This document shows positions 57,146 through 64,000 of a DNA stretch of 64,000 nucleotides, piece after piece (position 1 is the first letter of the stretch; each line of letters begins with the position of its first letter). The DNA is taken from NCBI GenBank assembly GCA_029932915.1, contig JAOZPE010000002.1:7546-71545 (forward strand), read 5' to 3'. The position numbers and the translations under genes were made by a program. The DNA comes from Candidatus Krumholzibacteriia bacterium. Lineage in GTDB: Bacteria > Krumholzibacteriota > Krumholzibacteriia > JAJRXK01. The notes below the pieces were generated by a model. It was not told the origin of the DNA and did no database searches. It was given only the letters and a program-made list of their open reading frames with translations.

Positions 57146-58678
57146 TCAGTACACCCGCAGCTCGCCCACCTCGGCCTGGACCGCCTGCAGGATCGCGCCG
57201 CTTCTGACCTCGGCCGCCATGGTGTTGTGATCGTGGAAGAGGGGCCGGTCCTCGTCCAGGTGGGGCACCTTGGCGCGGATGGCTGCGTGGGCGGCCCGGG
57301 TTCCCCGCCCGAACTTCCAGTCGCGGAAGTCGAGGGCCTGGGCGGCGGCCAGCAGCTCGATGCCCAGCACCCCGTTGGCGTTCTCGAGGATCTGGCGGGT
57401 CTTCAGCGCCGTGTTCATGCCCATGCTCACGAAGTCCTCCTGGTCGGCGGCGGCGGGGATGCTCTGGGTGCTCGCCGGAGTGGAGAGGATGCGCTGCTCG
57501 ACGATGAGCATGTCGGCGGTGTACTGGCTGAGCATGAGCCCGCTGAACATGCCGGCGCCCTTGGTGAGGAAGGCGGGCAGGCCGACCGACAGGTTGGGAT
57601 TCAACAGGCGGTTGAGCCGCCGCTCGCTCAGCACGCACACCATGGCCACGCTCGCCCCGAGCATGTCCGTGGGCAGCGAGACCGGGGTTCCCTGGAAGTT
57701 GGCCCCGGTGAGGACGGTGTCCTCGTCGGGCAGGAAGATGGGGTTGTCACCGACGCCGTTCAGCTCGATCTCGATCTGCTCGCGCGCCCAGCGCAGGGCG
57801 TCGCGGGCGGCTCCGATCACCTGCGGAGTGCTGCGCATGCTGTAGGCGTCCTGCACCTTCACCTCGATGCGGCCCTCGACGGTGAGATCGCTGCCCTCGA
57901 TGATCTTCATCAGGTTCTCGGCCGAGGCGATCGCTCCGCGGAATCCCCGCAGCTCGTGCAGGCGGCGGTCGTAGGGTTTCAGGTTCGCCCCCAACGCCTC
58001 CAGGCTCATCGCGGCGGCGATCTCGGCCTGGCGCAGCCAGGCCTCGGTGTCGTGCACGACCAGGGCGGAGATGGCGGTCAACAGGTTCGAGCCGTTGATC
58101 GAGGCCAGACCGTCGCGCGCCTGCAATCCGGGGGGCTCGATACCGGCGCGCTCGAGCGCCTCGCGGGTGGGCATGCGCTCACCCTGGTAGAACGACTCGC
58201 CTTCGCCCATCAGCGAGAGGGCGATCTGGCTCATCGGCGCCAGGTCACCGCAGGCGCCGACACTTCCCTTCTCGCTGACCACCGGGGTGACGCCCTTGTT
58301 CAGCATCTCCACGTAGGTCTGGGGGATGATCGCCCGGCAGCCGGAGTTCCCGTGGGCGTGGACGTTGATCCGGCCGAGCATCGCGGCACGGACGTGCTCG
58401 ATGGGAGCCGGATCGCCGATCCCGGCCGAGTGGTTGTAGACCAGGTAGCGTTGGAAGCGTTCGACCTGTTCGGGCTCGAGCGCGACGCTGGCCAGCTCGC
58501 CGATGCCCGTGTTGACTCCGTACATGACCTCGCCCTGGTCGATCTTCTTCTCGAGCAGATTGCGGCACTTCTGGATTCTCGCCACCGCGTCGGGGTGCAG
58601 CTCGACCTTCTCGCCGTGGCGGGCGACGGCCACGAGCTTCTCGATGCTCAGATCGGATCCAGTGATGATGACGGTCAT
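57146..58678 (-). CDS. HAL/PAL-family aromatic amino acid ammonia-lyase (second copy; cofactor triad Ala-Cys-Gly)
   Basis: ATG 58678 with GGAGAC RBS. MTVIITGSDLSIEKLVAVARHG. GSVGACGDLAPMS at positions 142-144. 510 aa. The track ORF 57146..59272 carries a non-coding 5' extension. Confidence 0.85.
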   Translation of the reverse strand: MTVIITGSDLSIEKLVAVARHGEKVELHPDAVARIQKCRNLLEKKIDQGEVMYGVNTGIGELASVALEPEQVERFQRYLVYNHSAGIGDPAPIEHVRAAMLGRINVHAHGNSGCRAIIPQTYVEMLNKGVTPVVSEKGSVGACGDLAPMSQIALSLMGEGESFYQGERMPTREALERAGIEPPGLQARDGLASINGSNLLTAISALVVHDTEAWLRQAEIAAAMSLEALGANLKPYDRRLHELRGFRGAIASAENLMKIIEGSDLTVEGRIEVKVQDAYSMRSTPQVIGAARDALRWAREQIEIELNGVGDNPIFLPDEDTVLTGANFQGTPVSLPTDMLGASVAMVCVLSERRLNRLLNPNLSVGLPAFLTKGAGMFSGLMLSQYTADMLIVEQRILSTPASTQSIPAAADQEDFVSMGMNTALKTRQILENANGVLGIELLAAAQALDFRDWKFGRGTRAAHAAIRAKVPHLDEDRPLFHDHNTMAAEVRSGAILQAVQAEVGELRVY

Positions 58679-58870
58679 GATGTCTCCGGAAGGAAAGAGG
58701 AACGATCCTGCCTCGCCGCGGCGGCCGACGACGGGCCTGCCCCATGCCGCCTGCGATGCCCCGAGCCTAGTCAGTCGGGCTCCGCTGGACAAGTGCGCGT
58801 CTTCGGGGAGCATGGTATGATGAAAGCAGTCCCCCGACCCTTTCCCCTTCTGAGTTGAAAGGATTCCCCC

Positions 58871-59620
58871 ATGCACAAGCTGGTGCTGCTTCGGCACGGC
58901 CAGAGCACCTGGAACCTCGAGAACCGGTTCACGGGCTGGACCGATGTCGACCTGACCGAGCAGGGAGTCGATGAAGCGATCCGTTCGGGCCGTCTGTTGC
59001 TCGAAGAGGGCTACGATTTCGACGTGATCTACACCTCCGTTCTCAAACGGGCGATCCGGACGATGTGGCTGGTGATGGATGAGATGGACCGCATGTGGCT
59101 GCCCGTGGTCCGTCACTGGAGGCTCAACGAACGCCACTACGGGGCCCTGCAGGGCCTGAACAAGGCCGAGACGGCGGAGAAGATGGGCCAGGAACAGGTC
59201 ATGATCTGGCGGCGCAGCTATGCCACACCGCCGCCGCCGCTCGATCCCAGCGATGAACGTTGGCCGGGGCACGACCCGCGCTATGCCTCACTGGCGCCCG
59301 AGGACATCCCCCGCACCGAGAGCCTCGAGCTGACGGTGAAACGCTTCCTGCCGCTGTGGACCGAGCAGATCGCCCCGGTGGTGAAGTCCGGCCAGCGCGT
59401 TCTCATCGTGGCCCACGGCAACAGTTTGCGTGCCCTGGTCAAGTTCCTCGACGACATCTCCGAGGAGGAGATCGTCGGACTCAACATCCCCACCGGCGTT
59501 CCCCTGGTCTACGAGCTCGATGACCAGCTCCAACCCATCCGGCACTACTACCTGGGCGATCCCGACGAAATCGCGCGCGCGGCCCAGGCGGTGGCCGATC
59601 AGGCCAAGAAGAAGCCCTAG
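58871..59620 (+). CDS. gpmA: 2,3-bisphosphoglycerate-dependent phosphoglycerate mutase
   Basis: [29 protein letters not shown] and RHYGALQG match GpmA. 249 aa. Confidence 0.92.
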   Translation: MHKLVLLRHGQSTWNLENRFTGWTDVDLTEQGVDEAIRSGRLLLEEGYDFDVIYTSVLKRAIRTMWLVMDEMDRMWLPVVRHWRLNERHYGALQGLNKAETAEKMGQEQVMIWRRSYATPPPPLDPSDERWPGHDPRYASLAPEDIPRTESLELTVKRFLPLWTEQIAPVVKSGQRVLIVAHGNSLRALVKFLDDISEEEIVGLNIPTGVPLVYELDDQLQPIRHYYLGDPDEIARAAQAVADQAKKKP

Positions 59621-59796
59621 GAGCCTGTGGGAACCCGGCTACCGGGGCCGATGTATCTTGATGAAGAGAGCCGCCGCTGGCGGAATGCCGGCGGCGGCCG
59701 GCTGTGCGGGAGCACAATGGCCCTTGCCAGTCGCCGGGCCTATCGACCATCTTGTGCCGGACACCTGGCCACCTTTCGATCCGGAGGACTTTCTTC

Positions 59797-61254
59797 ATGT
59801 CATCCCCGAGAACCCTTCGCTGGACCCTGTCGCTGGCGTTCCTCTTCTTCTTCGTCCACACCTCGGCCGCAGTGGCCCAGACGAGTTGGGCCGTGGCCCA
59901 GCGTTCGGACGAAGCCCTGACCCGATTCGTGGGCAAGCTGCTGCCGCACGCGGACAAGGTCCCCGGCGCCGACGATGCCGGAGCGGTCATCCTCTACAAG
60001 CAGCACTTCCTCAAGAGCCTGGAGAAGAACTACCAGGTCTGCACCAACATGGTGTTCCTGGTGAAGAACCCCGCGCAGGTGGGTGAGGACCTCACCAGGC
60101 CGTACATGGACGGCGATGGGCACTACCCCGAGCGCAACGCCTTCATCCTGCGCGATGGGAAGTTCCTCCGCTACGACGAGTCGAAGGCGGAGGTCGTCGT
60201 CGCCACCGACGACATCCACCGCGACCGCATCCTCTTCGACCTGGCTCCCCTGAAGAAGGGTGACGTGGTGGGCTGGTCGGTCGTCGAGTCCCACGAGGGA
60301 ATGGTGGAACCGTGGATGGGACCGGCTGCCGATCGCTATCCGGTGGTCTACGTGAGTGTCCGCATCCTCAACGACGGCTCGTCGAATTTCGCCCTGGAGG
60401 GCAATGCCTTCCCCGAGAAGGCGGTGTCGATCAAGACCGAGGGTCTGGTGAACGACCGGCCCGAGCAGTGGAAGGCGCGCAGTGGTGAACTGGCCGCGAT
60501 CGAGAACCTTCCCGCTACCGAGCCCTTCCCCGTATCGACCCCCGTCTTCGCCATCGCCCTGACCGAGCGGCACGCGGACGATCCCAACGGTTACCGCGGA
60601 TGGGTTCCCATGGAGGGATGGGCCACCGTGGCCGCCCAGCTCAGCGGAGCCCGGGAGCAGATCCTCAAGGACGCCGGTTCGCTGGACATCCAGGCTTCGG
60701 CCCTGACCACCGGTCTGGACGACGATGCCGCCAAGGAGAAGGCGGTGTGCGAATACGTACGGGATCAGATCAAGCTGCTCGACGGCGATGAATACGACCG
60801 CACCGGCATGCGGACCCTCAAGGAGGTCATGGCGGCCAAGGAGGCGACCCTCTTCGAGAAGGACGCGCTCATGATCGCCCTGCTCGACGCCGTCGGTATC
60901 GATGCCCAGTTCGCCGCGGTGCGGCCCCAGTCGTGGGGTCCCCTCGACCAGGTGAGCAAGACCTTCATTGCCTTCGGGGAGATGGCGGTGCGCTGTGGCG
61001 GCGACGAACCACGCTGGTACGATCCGGCGGTGGAGGGGCTCGAAGCGGGAACCCTTCCCGCCGATTGGGGCAAGGCTGAGGTTCTCAGTCCCAAGACGGG
61101 TCTCCTGGAGGAAGTGCGGGCCTACCGCAAGAAGGTCGCGACCGAGAGCTACGCCAAGTCGGGCAAGGTCGATCCGCGCCGCCTGATGGAGGAAGCCGAG
61201 GCCCATGCGAAGGCACAGGGCTGGTACCGCATCGAGACTCTCAGCGCCCCCTAG
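59797..61254 (+). CDS. secreted hypothetical protein, paralog A of a tandem pair
   Basis: GGAGGA RBS, ATG 59797. Signal peptide MSSPRTLRWTLSLAFLFFFVHTSAAVAQ. Shares ...SWAVAQRSDE... and ...WYRIETLSAP with the next gene. Confidence 0.5.
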   Translation: MSSPRTLRWTLSLAFLFFFVHTSAAVAQTSWAVAQRSDEALTRFVGKLLPHADKVPGADDAGAVILYKQHFLKSLEKNYQVCTNMVFLVKNPAQVGEDLTRPYMDGDGHYPERNAFILRDGKFLRYDESKAEVVVATDDIHRDRILFDLAPLKKGDVVGWSVVESHEGMVEPWMGPAADRYPVVYVSVRILNDGSSNFALEGNAFPEKAVSIKTEGLVNDRPEQWKARSGELAAIENLPATEPFPVSTPVFAIALTERHADDPNGYRGWVPMEGWATVAAQLSGAREQILKDAGSLDIQASALTTGLDDDAAKEKAVCEYVRDQIKLLDGDEYDRTGMRTLKEVMAAKEATLFEKDALMIALLDAVGIDAQFAAVRPQSWGPLDQVSKTFIAFGEMAVRCGGDEPRWYDPAVEGLEAGTLPADWGKAEVLSPKTGLLEEVRAYRKKVATESYAKSGKVDPRRLMEEAEAHAKAQGWYRIETLSAP

Positions 61255-61437
61255 ATGTCCTGCGGCCGGGGGAGCGGCAGGACCGCTTCCCCGGCCTTCT
61301 GCGGGCCGTATTCCCCACCCTGGCCGCCCGGCCCCGGCCGTGGCATACTGAGGCCGCCGCCGGATCCTCCCGGACGGTTGGATGCGATCAGGTCGCCGGG
61401 GGCTCTTCCGTTGAACTTTCGCCGAGAGGTAACGCTC

Positions 61438-62925
61438 ATGTTTCGTCGAATCTCCATGGGTCTATTCCTGGGTCTGGTCCTGGGGACCGCCCTTTCCCTG
61501 ATTTCCGTCCCTGCGAGGGCGGCCAATGACTCCGGCAAGGAGAACTGGGCCATCGCCCAGCGATCACCGAAGCAGATCGTCTCCTTCGTCGATAGGGTCC
61601 TGAAGGCCGAGAAGGACGTGCCTGGTGGGGAATCGGCGTCGGTGGTGGTGCTCTACAACCAGGTCATGGCCGACATCGACATCAGCTCGACGAAGCTGTG
61701 CCGGAACCTGATCCTGCTGGTGCAGGATCCGTCGAAGCTTCCGGAGCGGGCGTTGCATCCCTATACCACCGCCGAGAGCGAGATCACCGCCATGGGGGCG
61801 TTCCGCTACCGCGATGGGAAGCTCTATCAGTTGGCCGGCCGCCAGCTCGACAGCACCCCGCCCGATCCGCCCCGGCGCGGCCAGGCCCGTTTCTCCTGGC
61901 CCGACATCCAGACCGGCGATGTCATCGGCTGGTCGGTGGTCTCCTCCTATCCCGATCCGATCTACGCCCGGGTGCTTCCGGCGGTCACCCAGGTTCCGGT
62001 GGTGCGCTCGAATCTCCGGGTGGTCACCACCGGATATGACGCCTACAAGATCGTGGGCCGCAACGGCGACGACCACGACTACAAGCTCGTCGTCAGCCGC
62101 AAGACCAACGGTCTGCCCTCGGACCTGTCGGCGAGCATGAACTACCTGCCGGGCTATCCCGAACTGCCACTGTCCCCGCCCTATGGAGCGGATGTCCCGG
62201 TCTTCGAGGTCGTGCATGTGGGACGCTATACCACCCTGCCCGGAGTGGGCCGGGGTTGGATCCCGACCACCGGCTGGCGGCGGGTGGCCCGTCACTTCGC
62301 GATGATCGAGGAGGAAGCGGGGGTGGCCTCCACCGAGGTGGACAGCCTGGCCCATGCGCTCACCGACGGTGTGGAGACCGACGTGGAGAAGGAGGCGGCC
62401 ATCTTCGACTTCGTCCAGAACAAGGTGGAGTCGGCCCGTGGTCCCCAGTACGACCGCTTCTCCCAGCGGAAGGCCTCCCTGGTGGCGAAATCGATGCTGG
62501 CCAGCGACATGGAGAAGATCCTGCTCATGGAGAGCCTGCTCCAGGCGGTCCAGCTGGACGGGCGGATCGCGGGCGTGCGCCGCGAGGCCTATGGTCCCCT
62601 GGAGGACGATCTGCCCGGCTATCAGAACTTCACCGATTTCGCCGTGCGCTGCGGCGAGGACAGCCCCCGCTGGTACGTGCCCTACGCTCCGGACGCCGCC
62701 CCGCGGCAGATGCCGCCTTCCTGGGGCCGCTGCACCGTGCTCAGTCCGGTGGCGGGCGTCATGCAGAAGGCCTTCGAGTTCAACATGAAGGTGCAGGACA
62801 AGATGGGCGAGGCTCTCGAAGAGGATTCGATGGCCTTGGCCAATACCGACGCGCTCATCGAGAAGGTGGATGCGGCGGCGGACAAGGAGACCTGGTACCG
62901 CCTGGAGACGGTGGGCGGGAACTAG
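61438..62925 (+). CDS. secreted hypothetical protein, paralog B of the tandem pair
   Basis: GAGAGG RBS, ATG 61438. Signal peptide MFRRISMGLFLGLVLGTALSLISVPARA. ...NWAIAQRSPKQ... and ...WYRLETVGGN are collinear with paralog A. Confidence 0.5.
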   Translation: MFRRISMGLFLGLVLGTALSLISVPARAANDSGKENWAIAQRSPKQIVSFVDRVLKAEKDVPGGESASVVVLYNQVMADIDISSTKLCRNLILLVQDPSKLPERALHPYTTAESEITAMGAFRYRDGKLYQLAGRQLDSTPPDPPRRGQARFSWPDIQTGDVIGWSVVSSYPDPIYARVLPAVTQVPVVRSNLRVVTTGYDAYKIVGRNGDDHDYKLVVSRKTNGLPSDLSASMNYLPGYPELPLSPPYGADVPVFEVVHVGRYTTLPGVGRGWIPTTGWRRVARHFAMIEEEAGVASTEVDSLAHALTDGVETDVEKEAAIFDFVQNKVESARGPQYDRFSQRKASLVAKSMLASDMEKILLMESLLQAVQLDGRIAGVRREAYGPLEDDLPGYQNFTDFAVRCGEDSPRWYVPYAPDAAPRQMPPSWGRCTVLSPVAGVMQKAFEFNMKVQDKMGEALEEDSMALANTDALIEKVDAAADKETWYRLETVGGN

Positions 62926-63749
62926 CCCCGGTCCAGGGATTCGAAGAGATCGTGGAGGAGCTGGCCGTATTCGGTCAGCTCCTTCGTCGTTCTTCCCCCC
63001 TGCTCGAGGCGTTGCAGAAGGGCCTGGTAGGCTTCTTCGAGACGCTCCTGTCCTGTCTTCTCCCGCTCTTCTGCTTCCCGGTTTCTTTCCCCGCCCTTCT
63101 TCCCCGGTTCCTCCTCGGGCGGACCGAAGGTCTCCAACGCCCGGTGGACCTCCTCGTGCAGGGTCCGCAGCAAGGAGGGCTCGGCGCCCATCGCCACCAT
63201 CTCCTTGTACTGGCGGTAGAGGCGGGCGCGCTGCAGGAAGAGCTCGCGGCGGCCGGCCTGCTCGAGCGACTGTTCGGTGGTCAGCGGCAGGAAGGGGAAG
63301 GTGCGGCGCAGGGCGGCCGCGAAGAGTCCGTCGACGCGGCCGATGATCTTCTTTCCGCGGTGGTCGAAGAGGTCGGTGTCGCCGAGACCGCAACTGGGCG
63401 AGCGGCTCTTGAGCACGTAGCCATCCAGGTCCTCCACTCCCAGCTCGGACAGCTTGCCGGCGGCCCACTGCTGGAAGCGGGGAGTGTGATCGACCCGGCT
63501 GTCGACGCCCTTCATCCTCGGCATGGCCGGTGCTCCCTCCAGTTGCACCGGCTCGCGGGGGACGTCCATCCCCATCTCCACCTCCGGACACACCCCCACC
63601 CAGTGGAGAGGCCGGCCGTCGTCAGCTCGGCTGCGATGGCCGACCACCCACGGGTCGTGGCGGTCATTGCCGTCGTAGCGCACTCTCTCGCCGAGGAGAC
63701 AGCGGCTCACGCCCAGCCGGAGAGCTCGTGGGTCCAGCGAATCGACCAC
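62922..63749 (-). CDS. DUF523/DUF1722 family protein (TudS-like, putative Fe-S thiouracil-desulfidase-type)
   Basis: N-terminal LGVSRCLLGERVRYDGNDRHD and CPEVEMGM, typical of DUF523. The start is probably GTG near 63749, because the upstream part of the track ORF would overlap the acnA 3' end. Confidence 0.55.
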   Translation of the reverse strand: MVDSLDPRALRLGVSRCLLGERVRYDGNDRHDPWVVGHRSRADDGRPLHWVGVCPEVEMGMDVPREPVQLEGAPAMPRMKGVDSRVDHTPRFQQWAAGKLSELGVEDLDGYVLKSRSPSCGLGDTDLFDHRGKKIIGRVDGLFAAALRRTFPFLPLTTEQSLEQAGRRELFLQRARLYRQYKEMVAMGAEPSLLRTLHEEVHRALETFGPPEEEPGKKGGERNREAEEREKTGQERLEEAYQALLQRLEQGGRTTKELTEYGQLLHDLFESLDRG

Positions 63750-63750
63750 C

Positions 63751-64000
63751 GTCAGCTCAAGCCCTCGCGGCGGCGGATGAGATTCAGGGCGCTGCCCGCC
63801 TTGAACCACTCGATCTGCTCGGCGGTGAGCGAGTGGCGGGCGGGGAAGCGATCCTCGCTGCCGTCGGCGTGCTTGAGCACGACGGTGACCTCACTGCCCG
63901 GCGCCAGCTCTCTGAGGCCGAGGATGCTCACCCGGTCATCCTCCTGGACCTTGTCGTAGTCGGCCGGGTCGACGAAGGTCAGCGGCAGGACGCCCTGCTT
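63751..64000 (-). CDS. acnA: aconitate hydratase A, C-terminal fragment (N-terminus beyond the window end)
   Basis: The minus-strand translation ...KQGVLPLTFVDPADYDKVQEDDRVSILGLRELAPGSEVTVVLKHADGSEDRFPARHSLTAEQIEWFKAGSALNLIRRREGLS* matches the aconitase C-terminal swivel domain. Stop near 63751. Confidence 0.7.

Noticed and set aside
57038-58858. 606-aa plus-strand ORF
   Set aside because: Antisense to the second HAL/PAL-family gene.
59800-63591. Minus-strand ORFs 59800..61206 (468 aa) and 61564..63591 (675 aa)
   Set aside because: Antisense to the tandem paralog pair and the DUF523 gene.

Overview
This is a high-GC (~68%) bacterial chromosomal segment carrying about 50 protein-coding genes on both strands. 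I saw no rRNA, tRNA, CRISPR array, transposase or integrase by eye, but I could not run RNA or HMM searches, so small RNAs are not excluded. Gene content is consistent with a Gemmatimonadota-like or candidate-phylum organism (BNR/Asp-box glycosidase-like protein, many large secreted proteins and lipoproteins ending in a FlgD-like Ig C-terminal domain).

Recognisable housekeeping genes include an aldehyde dehydrogenase, htpG, asnA, a hutH-type histidine ammonia-lyase with an overlapping class I/II aminotransferase, rubrerythrin, ahcY, apaH, an MscS channel, aqpZ, a sulfite-oxidase-like molybdoenzyme, a cyclophilin-FKBP peptidyl-prolyl isomerase, sppA, a Bax inhibitor-1 (BI-1) family protein, a 2-Cys peroxiredoxin, cydAB, a second HAL/PAL-family lyase, gpmA and the 3' end of acnA.

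Features worth a second look are:
- a histone-fold protein with a lysine-rich N-terminal tail (49790..50086);
- a PMT/ArnT-like membrane glycosyltransferase co-transcribed with a secreted FlgD-domain protein;
- a WYL-domain regulator preceded by a 466-bp non-coding tract;
- a second aromatic-amino-acid ammonia-lyase with an Ala-Cys-Gly cofactor triad;
- a divergent pair of about 780- and 907-aa secreted proteins;
- a tandem pair of paralogous secreted proteins;
- an AT-rich island and two tandem-repeat tracts in intergenic DNA;
- SAH-riboswitch-like fragments in the ahcY leader.

Many long ORFs in the six-frame track are antisense shadows of real genes, typical of high-GC DNA, and were rejected. 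Start coordinates were derived by arithmetic on the ORF track and checked against the sequence; in two places my hand indexing disagreed with the track by 1 nt, and there I followed the track.
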